DNA of 56,839 nucleotides, the filler included, from Sluysia triapertura (taxonomy: Eukaryota): assembly GCA_046118255.1 (NCBI GenBank). It is 4 parts of 4 records of this genome, joined end to end, with 100 filler letters (N's around TTAATTAATTAA, not from the genome) between each part and the next. Parts side by side here need not be neighbours in the genome. Positions count along the whole stretch, not along the records: positions 11,788 to 23,833 come from JBJNIA010145165.1; 3 more parts are not named here. One strand, given 5' to 3'. Below are positions 11,788 through 23,933 of the stretch, piece by piece. Position 1 is the stretch's first letter, and each line of letters opens with the position of its first letter. Below the pieces are notes generated by a model that searched no databases, had not been told where the DNA came from, and saw nothing but the letters and a program-made list of their open reading frames with translations. A program made the position numbers and the translations under genes.

Positions 11788-14700
11788 TACACCTTGCATT
11801 CATTTTTATTTTATTAATAAAGTTTTCGAAGTTATTTTGTTTAATTTGAGATACTCACTAACCATTTTTAGTAATTTTCACTATTAAAAAGTAACATTTT
11901 TACGCAAGAGAGATTTTTACGATTAAAAGATTTACTCAGCTAAAAGTATTTTTCGTACAGTTTAAATTTATTTCTCATAATTTTGGTCTTAATAAAAGAA
12001 TTTGTTCATTTAAAACACTTTATGTGCATAGGAATTTCTTTTATAATCAAAAGTCTTGAAGAAACGTCTTCTGCGTATTTAAATCATTGACTTCAAGAGA
12101 ACCCATTAACTAAATTTATATTTGCTAGCATATAAGTTGTTAGGAGATATAAAAACTCAGCAAAACATTTTATTTAATATTAATATTGAATATTGTGTTA
12201 TTATTTACAATTTCATTATTTAATTATTATTATTTTACTTATTATTATTAGTGTCATTATCGTTAGCCTTTGTATTCATTATGTGTTTTTCGTTGTGACA
12301 TTTGCCAAGCAGTAAATATATTTTGTTTGTTTTTAATTTTACTTTAATGTAAAGCTGTTGAAAATATTCTGAGTGTTGTGGTCATCACTAATCATCACAT
12401 TTTCAAAAATATCAATAAGTGAAACCAATTGAAATAATGTGATAAACAATCGAGTAAATTTTGTATTTTAATTTATTGCTTAAATGGTTTTTAGTCACAA
12501 AAAATTAAGTTAGATAATATTCTCATCAGTCACAAAAGTAATTTACTAATAATAATCATCAAATTTTTATTTAATAATAATAATAGTATGGCAAAGTCAT
12601 TATTTTTCCTAGTTAAATGTTAAGTAAATTAATTGAAATGAAAAATCAATTAGGTGCTATAAAAATTGAAGAGAGAGTTAGGAAGATAAGTTTTCGATTT
12701 ATTTATTTAAAAAAGCACCTACTTCTCAAAATTTGTCTTTACGTGTGTGTTCACTTATACTGTATTTTTTATATTCTTGCGAAAGATGTGTCTTTATGAT
12801 TTAAGTGTTTATTAGCTAAGTTTTTTTAACTTTGCTGAGGATTATATGTTACTCTTTATTCTAAATTTGTTAGGTAACTATTCCTTTATTTTTAATATTA
12901 TTTTAAAATTATTGTAAAATTAAAAAAGCATTCCCCTATGTAAGGAATGAATCTTGAGTTAATGTAATCCTTCTTTACTTTTCTAGATCAATCAAAACAA
13001 CAAATCGAAAAGCTAAGGTGCATTATTCAAGTAATAATAATAGAATAACACAATATTAAAAGGTTAACAAAATAACTTTTTGATATAATACACGAAACGT
13101 ATATTAATAACTAATAAAATATGTGGCATTATGTATAGCTTAATTTAGCATAATATATTTTACAAAGTGATTTTATGACTGACTTAAGCTAGCTAAGAAT
13201 TATGAAGTATCTATGTAAATAAGTAAGGTGAAAACTAACAACAAAAACTTAGGAATTTCTACAAAGAATGTATAAAAATTGTTGTCATCAACAAATCAGG
13301 AACTCGGTTGTAAATTGCTCGAAATGAATGATAGGTGCTGTCTGAATATTTTTTCATAAAAAATGAAAATGAATCAATCGGTAGCTCATGTAAGTTTTGT
13401 AAAAATTAGTTATTTATTTTTGTGTGCCTTTTGAGTTATATAAGTGCTATATATATGAGGTTCATTTTATTACTCACATTTATTATTTTATAGAAGTATT
13501 TAATCTAATAAAAACATTTAATTTCGTAATCGTTTTTCCATAAACATTTAATTTCATTCATTTATTTAACATTTGGATTAGATTTATGCAACAAAATGCG
13601 TTAATTCTAGTGATTAACTAAATTTTTATTTGCATTATTTTTGTAATTTCTTAATTTAAAATTTTCTAATTAATATACTTAAATATGAAAGCTTCTATAG
13701 CAGCTTCTATAATTCTGATAGGATCAAGTTTTTGAAAGATTGAAAAATTAAATAGTATGGAAGTATATGATTGACTGAATTTTGTGACCCAAATTCAGAA
13801 TGATATTTTACCATATAAGACAAAATTTTTTAAAATTTTTAATAGTTCATTTATTAAAACTCAAAAAACTTAATTAATGTGCCTAGTATTATCAATGTTT
13901 AAATCAAGATAATTTATGTTTTTGTAAGATTTAAAAGTTTAAAGCATGAAAACGTAAAGTTATTAAATAAATATTTTAATATTTTTAATAAAATTTTAAT
14001 ATTTTGTAAAAAGTTTTGTTTTGTTTTAATATAAAAATATAAATATAATATAGAATAATATTAATAATTTTAAAAATGTGTAGGTAATATTAATTATTAT
14101 AATTTATAAATAAAAATTATTTAGAAAATTATATCTTTATGCTTATACTTAAATATTTAAGAATAAAATATAAAAATAATTATATAAAATAAAAAGTTTC
14201 TACTTACGCGCCATCTTAGATTTTCACTTAATATGAAAGGAAGCTCATAATCAATTCAAGGGCCAAAACTCCATCTCACAATAAAGCCACAACAGAGCTC
14301 AACAAGGAAACGATAAAGATATTTAATTTTGGTAAATTACTCTTTTTCAAGTTTAAGGATATTTAAATTTGGTGAATTACTATTTGGATTCAACTTGGAA
14401 TTTGACTGCTACTCATGCTTATATATTCCATGGCCTTAAGTTTTTTATTTTAAGTATTGGCTTCACTTTGGTGAAACTTAAAATACACAAAACCTGTAGA
14501 TTCACAATATCAAACTACTTTTAAATATATAATTGATTAATATTAGAGTAAAACCTCTAATACTTACGTTATTAGTTAAATTTATACTTTTATATATTAT
14601 TGTTCAAAGTTCAGTGTATTTAATAGTTTTGTCATTTACTATTGATATTTTTGTAATAAACTTTCATATTGTTCACAAGTTAGTTATTTTATTAAGTGAA

Positions 14701-17700
14701 AAGTAAATAAACCCTCAAAAGTTTTCTAAGATTTTGTTGAAATCGTATTCTACAACTATGCCCTCTTTGAGTGTAAGATGTAGATAGTAAGCAGACCCAG
14801 TGTATTAAAATAACATTTTGCTATGTAAGTTCAAGTAAGAAAAAATACCACAGTATTTTTATATTCGATATTGCATATTTTAAAATATGAAGTTAATACA
14901 CAGATATTGTACTAGTCATTGTATAAAATATTTAGATGAATTTTAAAAAGGTCAAAATTTGAGCTAAAGATACTTTACATATAATATGATATATGTTTTA
15001 AAATAATATTGACAAATTTTTATATATGACATCTTTAAGAATTTATACAGAAATATATGCATACACAGAAATAAATGTACAAGCAAAACAATTATTAATT
15101 TATTATTTATCATTACAATTCAATAAAATATTTAATGACATGAATGATTTTTAAGATTAAAATGTATATAGTATACGAATTGTATAAGAATATTACTTAC
15201 AGATATTTTTTAATAATCATCATATTAATTTATGCAAATCTTGAAGGATTCGCCATACCAATCAACAATAAGTGAATTTTGCTCACCATTTATCTACATA
15301 ATGCATGATGAAGAATACCATGAAGGGCATGAACTATAAAATTCTGAATTATTTTTAGTCGAACTAAAACTGAATATTTTAGTTTTGCTGGTGATAAATA
15401 CACAGAAAATATTTTAGATAAGATTGAGGAACTTTCAGAACTAGTAATCTCGTCAATTTACCATTATAAAAAGCAAGTGAATCTCTGATTAATTTTGAAC
15501 AATTTCAGTTTAGCAATGAAGTCATTATCATTGTAGTGGTAAATATTTAGAAACGTAATGTAATTTAATTAGAAAAATTCGACATTTTTATTTTATTGTG
15601 TGAATTAAGTGAATTAATTAATTAGGAAATAACATGTATCTGCAAAGTTCAGAAACATTACACTAACTGTAAGTCTCTTTTAAACTTAGGAATTTTATTC
15701 TATCGATTCTTAATAATGTTTAGAAAGCAGTCTAGACAAACTAATCGACAAATAATTTTCTCTTAAAGTACTTACATTAAAAAGTATGATTGTATTACTC
15801 TGTGCAAAACAAAATCTTAAATAATTACTGCTAAAGTAAAATAATACAAATAATGATTATGATAATACGGCTTTAAAACTTAAGCACTATTCGATTCATA
15901 ACTACAGATAATAAACTAATTTGCAATTACATATATATAAAACCACAACATAACGATTTTTTATGATGCCTTTAAAGTTAGGTCTTTTCTATTGCCTGAT
16001 AGTTTTGAGGAATTTAGAAAAATTTCCATAAATGAAAATAAATTAGCTCCATTCAACTCTTTATCATTTCCTAGTTTAAGCCTCCTAATAGCATTTAAGT
16101 CAGAAGATGATGTGTTACTAATTTTAATTGATCCTGATTTGTTTAATTTATTTGAAAATGCGTAAGAAATCGAATGACATTATGCAAAAGGTGATAATAA
16201 TACTAGATATTAATAATTTGTATGGTTGACTTCATAAGGATTTATGAAGTAAATAAAAATTTACAAAATACTGTAAATATTGAAATAAGTTATACATTCG
16301 AAGTTGACTTGATCATTCCATACGATGCTTTAGATGACTTACCTAAATTTAAATCTTAAATTTAAATATTCAATCATATTCAGAAGTTTAAAATATAATT
16401 ATAATATAATAAAAATGCGAAATAATGTAAAATTTTGGCGCGTGACAAAGAAAAAAATTGAAGAAATTCAATTAATGTAACAGACTATTTGACAAGAGTC
16501 TGATTAGGAAAACAAGTAGATTTTTTTAGACAGACCACATTACATTAGTCATAATGTTTTTCCATCTTAGTAAGTTTCGTATGTATCAATTACAATACGA
16601 AGAATTGCAAATATATCTTAAGACTGAAATTATATCTGGCAACACTGATAGTTTCTTTCTGAGACGTATTAGTTTTAATATAAATATTAAACGAAATGAA
16701 ATTATTAAATATAAATTGTTGGATAAAAGTATATAATTTCTTCAGCCGCCGCATAGAATTATTCTATCTTAATTCTGTATTTTGATTAATAAAATTACAA
16801 ATAACAACAGCGTAAGCAACTTCGTAAGAACAACTAATTATTATATGAAAAGGATAGTCTTAAAAATATAAACGAAGTAATATATTGATTTTGTATATAA
16901 ATATAGATATTAGTTTGAATAAGCTTTCCACATGTAATTATTTGTTATTATTTTTTTGTTATAATTATTAATTAAATTATTTTAACAAAGCTGTAAATAA
17001 AAGGATTTATTTAATAACTAAACTAAATAAATAAACTGCTTTTAATTGAAAATAAAGTATTCCGAAACAATCAAAACAACATTTATGATAAATTAGGTTA
17101 TAAAATTAAATAAAAATGACGAAAAACAAATTTAATTTACAATTATTTTTTCTTAGATATATGATTTATCAAAGGAAATTAAAAATAAAATATTAACTTA
17201 AAAATCATTATGATGATCATATACCAAAATATTAAATTTTTGATTATGTGATTTTTCAGAAAAATATATTAAATATTATAAATAAGAATTTTATTTCATC
17301 GTATAACCTAAAATTTCTGTCAAATGACAAAGTATAAGTTGTATTATGTCATCTCAAATATAGTTATCCGTTACTTTTGATGGGATTATTTCTTCAAAAA
17401 TAAAATATTATAAATTGGGTTCGGATATACTCCATATATTATAATGTCTAGTAGGTGTATCTGTGACATCAATAACATATTCAAATCAAAGATCATTATA
17501 ATTATACATGTTATAAATGAAACGACTCAAAAACATGATTATATTATTACATATAAACGAATCAAGCATAAAGAAACAAAAAAAACAAAAAAGTCAGAGA
17601 CATCTACTAGATTTTAATAAGTTAAAATTTTTAATTGTTTAAAATACTGCCTCAAAATATTCAAATAATTTAAGCAGCACTTTAAAATTGACTTAAAACA

Positions 17701-19313
17701 AATAATTTTATAGTAAATAGATTAATTTAAATCTCGCAAAGATTATCTTTTATAACTCGATATATTTGTTCATTTGATTGTGTTTGATTTATTCAATTCT
17801 ATTGTTGTCTTTAAAAAAACTATTTTTAAAAATTTATCGTAATTGTTTTTATCACTCGGAAATATAAATTATATATCAAAAATTCTACAATTCACTGAAT
17901 ATTTATACTCACTTCTAAATGTTTTGTGATTGGATACTCAATCATCTTTTATCAAAAATATTTTTCAAAAACAAATTCAGTATAATCATTTCTTCAATAT
18001 CATTGACAATACTAATAATTTACAACTCATTACTATGTATTGTGTAATTATGTAATTAATAATTATTAATTATTATTAACTTTATTTACAATTTATTGTT
18101 AGTCCTTTATTATACTATTAGTATTTTCGGATCCCAACACTTTTACATAATTGTAGTCAGGCATCACATAGTAATAGTTGTAATAATATTAATTGTAACA
18201 ATTATAATAACATTAGTTATAACAACAACGTGTAGTATATCGATACAATTAACAGATTAACTCCAATGAACGTTGGTCTACCATTATTATCGATTAACGT
18301 TTTTTCATAATTACGTATCAAATATAATTTATTGTTAAGTGAAATGTGGTTTTCTTTAAACGTGTTAACCCTACAGTCATAAATGAAATGAGTGAATTCG
18401 CTTGTGATTCGAAACTTACGCAGTTAAGGGCTATTCCACAGGATTTCAATGATCAGAAATAAAGTATAGATCCTATTTCTTTTCTTAATTACACTTGCAT
18501 TAATTCTTTTGTTAATCTTACAAAAGATTTGGAAATTCTACAATCTACAAAGATAAAATCCACTGCCTTATGAAGAATCAATGAATAATATAACAGCGCC
18601 ACTACATGCAAGCAATATGTCACTCACTTATGGTAGCATGGGAAGATGGCAATTATGAATATTCGTGTTATTAGCCATGATAGCATGTGTTTATTCACAA
18701 AATTTGATATCGGATTTATCATTTTCCTTGAAATATATGCAGACCTTCAATCAAATCTGTCACTAGGAATAAGTATTTCAAGAGAATATTATAAGTTTAG
18801 AACAAGTAATATATCTTATTCGAAATATATAAGTATAATATATCTATGACCAACTTAAATCAAATTTATAAAAAACACCAACTAACTTTTCAAAACTTTA
18901 CCTTTACCTTAAAAACAAACGAATGTCCGCAAGCAGTTGAAACTGTTAAAAGAATTACAAATTACCTACAAATCTCAACCTCATCGGAATCTATAAAATT
19001 ATTTTTAATAATTATGCCATTTTTAGTTCTTGTTAAATGTCAAAATTCAAGATTAAAAATAGCACGAATAAATCAACCGGCTATTTGCAAACAATTATCT
19101 TCAGACGCTATTTATAAAGTACCCGTATGGATACCAATTTTTATGGAACGCCGCAGTTTTAAATTTGGACTTAGGACTTATAAAACTTACGAAAATTTTA
19201 TTTATCCCTATGAAGGTGATTACGATATTTTATACGAAATAACAACAGACCAATCTGATGGTAACGAAACACTTTTATAAGATAACAACAAAGAAAATAA
19301 TTTCAGTTTTCCT

Positions 19314-19592
19314 ATGATCCAGAAATTTTACCTATGGCAGAATATAAAAATCAACGGCAGTCCAGTGCATGCACTTATCGATACTGCCGCGCCATATACC
19401 ATAAGATGCTTTGAATCTTTGAAAATACAGGAACTGCAATTTATTCGATCATGGTCTACCCATAATTGGTGTAATAACAATAGTGGAAACAGTAGACCGT
19501 AAATTATTAATAACATTTTTGGTAATTAGAAATTGCCCTACATCGTGCATTATTGGATTGGATACTATTCCAGCTGTTGAATATTATCAATG
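19314..19592 (+). pseudogene. Retropepsin-type aspartic protease remnant
   Basis: NIKINGSPVHALIDTAAPYTI (D-T-G/A active-site pattern) and, after a frameshift, TFLVIRNCPTSCIIGLD (IxGxD motif). Confidence 0.65.
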
Positions 19593-19865
19593 AATGTAAA
19601 TTTTGTTAACAATGATCATTGATCATTGATAAAATTATGAATATAACTTGTACTTGTTTATGATTATTTATTATTTGAAAAAATTTTTATTTGATTTTAT
19701 ATTTGTTTGATTTAAAAAATTTTTTATTTATTAACCTTTTGGAATCAAAGTATGTTATTTTAAATTTTATTGAATTTTATTAATTTATATGTTATTTTAA
19801 ATTTTATCAAATATTTCATTAATTTTAAATAATGAAAATTTTTAATTAAAAATTTTTTTTAGTTT

Positions 19866-19908
19866 GTTTTAATTTGACCTCTCAAGGTCAGGTTAAACAC
19901 TATTTAAA
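19866..19908 (+). promoter_or_regulatory. TGACC..AAGGTCA inverted repeat followed by a TATA-like box
   Basis: AATTTGACCT-CTCA-AGGTCAGGTT then TATTTAAA; homologous to 55624-55666(-). Confidence 0.4.
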
Positions 19909-20574
19909 TGAAAGCTTTTTAACATAAACTCACAATTATTTTCACAATTATTATTTTGTAAAGATCACACAGTTATTTCACAGTTACTTTGTAAACATAG
20001 CTATTTTGTAAAAATTATACAGTTGTTTTGTAAAAATTTTTGAATCTTCGATTTTAATCATTTGGAAAAAACAGTTGTCATTAATAAAAGTCACGTTAGT
20101 ATAATTTATATTAAGAATTGATATATTAATATCAAAAGAAAAATACAGATTAAAATTTTAATACATAACTGAACCATATAAGGGTTCAAGGTAAAATAGA
20201 TTTTAAAATTCATTAAACATTGTGTAACTAGTTATATCTAGTTAGAGGTAAAATTTATCATCATTTTTATTTTTTATATATTATTATATTGTTAATTTTT
20301 GTATAAATAAATTATTGAATAACTAAATTATTTTCTTTTATTTATTATAAAATCTTTAAAATACTTAATCAGATTTCAAACACTAGATTGTAATTCTAGT
20401 AAGTAATATTTATTTGATTGATCCCATATAACGGGATTTGCGTAACTTCATTTAAATTTTTTAATATTTAAATTATTTTTTGAATACAGATAGTATAACT
20501 CCAGATTCGAGACATATAACTAACCTTGATTTATAGTGTTAAGTAAACTTAGTTAAACTCTTACTTTATATTAA

Positions 20575-20623
20575 AAATCCAACGTCTGGCTCTCGCTGGT
20601 AAGTCCAGTACGTTGGTGAACTC
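20575..20623 (+). ncRNA. Bulged hairpin motif, copy 3
   Basis: AAAT-CCAACGT-CTGG-[CTCTCGCTGGTAAGT]-CCAG-T-ACGTTGG-TGAACTC; 48/49 identical to 54966-55014(-). Confidence 0.65.
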
Positions 20624-20676
20624 ACTTATAAGTTTTTAAATAAACTTCTCTTCAATTATTCTCACAGATATATAAA

Positions 20677-22519
20677 TTGTTGGGACTAAATGTAAATGAC
20701 ATTTTATTGTCGCTGCCAGAAAATTATGAGAAAAAAGTTGTCTCAGATTTTTGTTATATGCTAAAGGATTTTATTAACAAACCTAGTCTTCAAAAGGCAG
20801 TTATACATGATTTTTGGATTGTTTCTTATTCTTCAAGACAACAAAATATTTATACATAGAACAAATGATCATAGAGTTATTTCCATCATTGATAATACGA
20901 AGAGCATTTCTAATTTTTCTTACAATATCCGAGAATTATCTCTTGATACATCTCAAATGAAATCTAACTCAGAAACAAATTATCACCAATTAAATAACAA
21001 TGTGCTACCACAACCAACGATTAACGATAGTAAAGCTAACCAAAAACAATTAGTGCGAAATCGTATTTCTTCTAAAGTAAAACTAATTAATTGTCATTGG
21101 AACCAAGATAAATCGAGAAACGAATTACATGATGAGTTACGAATTCTTGGTGCATCTGAATGTATTAAATCATTTCACGATTATGTTTTTATTGGAACGC
21201 AAAAAAATATGTTTTCGTTTACATTTCAGCATCAAGTAACCAATTTTTATGTAATGTTGGTAAAGTCCAGGAACCTTTAGTCTTCCAAATGTCAGAATTT
21301 CTTGGAATTAAAATCAATGAACCTGTTGAATTTATAGATAAAAATGTTAGTGTATGGAATGATGGAACTTTGAAGTGGTCCCCTTCACTATCAAAACTCA
21401 TGCAAACTTTAAGTTTAAACAATAGTTGCAATTGTATTTGTCGTTATAGAGATTGAATATTTGTGTTAGTAGACGATAATTAAATATATGCATTAGTTGA
21501 TACTTCAAGTTTACAGTTAGTTCAAGCTTATTCACAGAATGAGAATGTCGAGTTAGCTTTAATGTTAGCAAAATTAGCATACTTACTTGGTGAAGACACG
21601 AAAGTAACTTCAAAAATTAATCGTCGTTAAACAAGAATGCTGTTCAAAAGATAGTTCGAAAGATAATTCAGTATATTCATGGATATGACAACAGTTCTAT
21701 TTGATCTTCTCGCTCCTTCCTCTATGTTATGTCCAGAGAAATTAAATAAAGAATTAACTAGGCGTTTAAATGAAGTTTTCAGTAAAAAAGAAAACACTCA
21801 AGTTATGTACGCGTTGATAGATTTTTTGTTAAATGGCGAAATGATCTTCAGAAACGATCAAGTGGTGATAATATTTCGGAACCAACAAATCAAGCGCAGC
21901 AGTCATTCATGCTAAAGAGTTCTTGTCGAGTCATGAACAATTAATCAAGTATAATCTACTAAGAGATTCTATAACTCGGCTCAATCCTCGACGACAAGTT
22001 CTCGCAATTACGGACACAGGTCCGCTCAGAAGTTATCCTACTATAAACACTTCGTCTATGTTATTTTCTGTGGAAGTTACAGATTACTTCGTCTACGAAC
22101 ATTACTTAAAAGTAATTAGAAATTTTGATGTTATTAACTTCATTTTTATTATTGATGATCTATTAGAAGACGGAAAACTTACTCGGGAAAACATTAGTAG
22201 AAAAAGAATTTCAAGAATAAATATTAAATTGTCTGTTAAATCTAATAAAACTTTTGTTAATTTTATTGAGTTCTCGATTGATTACAACATTGAATTAAAC
22301 TTAAACAGAAAGATCATTGAATTTTTAACCTTACAATGTTTAATATCAGTTAAAATAAATAAAACGAAGAAGTCAATGTATCATCGTAGCTTTAATTTTA
22401 AAATAAAACTTTTAATTTATAAAAACCATATAAACATTACCACATTTAATACATTTTCTTTTATTTGTAAAGTCACTTATTACTTTAATCGATTAGTGTA
22501 TCATTCATTGTATTATTAA
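20677..22519 (+). pseudogene. Long fragmented ORF (roughly 600 codons over several frames), unknown family
   Basis: Successive co-oriented ORFs 20677-20859, 20807-21280, 21679-21915 and 21923-22519 with coding-like composition, starting ~50 nt after the hairpin. Confidence 0.45.
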
Positions 22520-22767
22520 TAAACTTAAAAATGGTTAATATACTTATTGATTCAATTTTGAATATTTAAAAAACTAAATAACGAGTGCTGCTTATAATCA
22601 TACAGTTGTAAACAGTGACTTAAAATTTTCAATATTAGATTCGATTTAGTAAGGATACCGTTTTTAATTATGCTGTAGTAAAATCTGACACAAAAATACT
22701 AAAAATTATTAATTAAAGGGCTTACGATTTTTTTATATTAATTAAACCTCCACTGATTATTTTTGCT

Positions 22768-22819
22768 GATACCTACAAACTAGCCCTTATGTATATAAGA
22801 CTAGGATCGTAAGGGACTC
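22768..22819 (+). ncRNA. Possible degenerate hairpin motif, copy 4
   Basis: CCTAC-AAA-CTAG-[CCCTTATGTATATAAGA]-CTAG-GATC-GTAAGG-GACTC; GATTC..GGAT companion at 22638-22660. Confidence 0.3.
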
Positions 22820-23304
22820 ACGTTTCACATCATAATATAAAACATAAAATTTCGCTATAATATTTCGTAATGCTTGATTCATTTGATTTTTATTTAACAA
22901 TTGGAAACAGATTATATTTTTCTTGCAATTTTTGCTCAATTAAACAACTTACGCCACATCATTATTTTTCCTTTGAGAAAAATTTTCCTGCAGAGACTTA
23001 CAAAACAATTCTAAAAATACAAAACTAATATTAAAATCGATAAAGCATATCATTAAACTAATAAGTTTAAACCAATAAGGAAAACTGCATATGATACATA
23101 TATTAGCTGTTATATTAGCCTAGTTATACAACTAGATAGTAGATTTATTAAGATAAGCTTTACTTGAGATGATCGTTTTGCAGTAATATTTTCATGCGCT
23201 ATAGCAAATAAAAAACTTAACTATTAATGATATTTTATTTTTATTTCTATTGAATAATTTAAAATTAATTAATAATTAATGTGTTTTTATTTTTTACTTA
23301 TGAG

Positions 23305-23580
23305 TTAATTATTTATTATAAAAATAATGATTATAATATATTTACTTGAACGTTTATTTTCTATTTGATGCTTACTACAAGAAAATATTGTTAATAATTT
23401 CTGATAGCTAGGACATATACGTCGATAATATGCACGATATTTTCGTGAAAATATTGCATAAATCAATGGGTTGAATGCACCGCTAAGTTGAGTAGAGAGA
23501 CCGAGAAAATGAACTGTTAAAATTGGCATAGGAGATTGTGAAGCCGAATTACCAAGATGAAGTAGTATAAAGCATATGTG
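23305..23580 (-). CDS. Rhodopsin-family GPCR C-terminal fragment (end of TM6, TM7, helix 8); last exon or pseudogene
   Basis: HICFILLHLG...LSTQLSGAFNPLIYAIFSRKYRAYY: NPxxY motif followed by a helix-8 pattern. Confidence 0.65.
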   Translation of the reverse strand, partial: HICFILLHLGNSASQSPMPILTVHFLGLSTQLSGAFNPLIYAIFSRKYRAYYRRICPSYQKLLTIFSCSKHQIENKRSSKYIIIIIFIINN

Positions 23581-23696
23581 TTTTAGAAAAAGTTGATTCA
23601 GTAATTTGAGTAAAATAAACCATCATTGTCAAAATAATATTAGTATTATCACCCATAAAAATGTTAAATCATTTTACAAAATAAACTTAGACATAA

Positions 23697-23833
23697 ATAG
23701 AAAGATAGGTTGATAATAAGGATAAAAGAAATAATAATAATGATAACAATTACGTGGATATTATGTTTATTAATACAAAATTGTTGACGTAAGAATTTAT
23801 TATGAAATTTATTATAAAAGTTGTTACTATATG
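23697..23833. repeat. Interspersed AT-rich repeat shared with 11217-11329
   Basis: Direct sequence similarity, same orientation. Confidence 0.75.
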
Positions 23834-23933
23834 NNNNNNNNNNNNNNNNNNNNNNNNNNNNNNNNNNNNNNNNNNNNTTAATTAATTAANNNNNNNNNNN
23901 NNNNNNNNNNNNNNNNNNNNNNNNNNNNNNNNN
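23834..23933. other. Artificial contig spacer
   Basis: 44 N + TTAATTAATTAA + 44 N. Confidence 0.97.

Larger units (their letters stand above)
18379..22819 (+). mobile_element. Decayed modular retroelement-like region (ORF remnants, retropepsin, promoter-like palindrome, structured RNA motifs); boundaries approximate
   Basis: Colinear homology with 54966-56839(-) at four anchors; contains an aspartic protease remnant and a long frameshifted ORF. Confidence 0.55.

Noticed and set aside
15960-16170. Stretch open on both strands that looks coding
   Set aside because: I could not assign strand, splice sites or family.
185-16736. Short 60-90 aa ORFs in the AT-rich animal DNA (e.g. 185-388, 8566-8754, 9009-9287, 12617-12799, 16554-16736)
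   Set aside because: Low-complexity F/I/L/K/N composition expected by chance, or antisense to decayed coding sequence; no recognisable domains.
18100-18155. Seventh copy of the hairpin motif (CGGATCCC...TTTTACATAATTGT)
   Set aside because: Only the 3' tail resembles copies 1 and 6 and the stem is missing; too weak to count.
19931-20040. CRISPR-like array
   Set aside because: The repeats are short and degenerate, lack unique spacers, and lie in eukaryotic DNA with no cas genes.
20575-20623. HDV-like, hammerhead, twister or pistol ribozyme
   Set aside because: CYCUCGCUGG resembles the HDV L3 loop, but the nested double-pseudoknot order is absent. There is no CUGANGA/GAAA core and no twister or pistol consensus.
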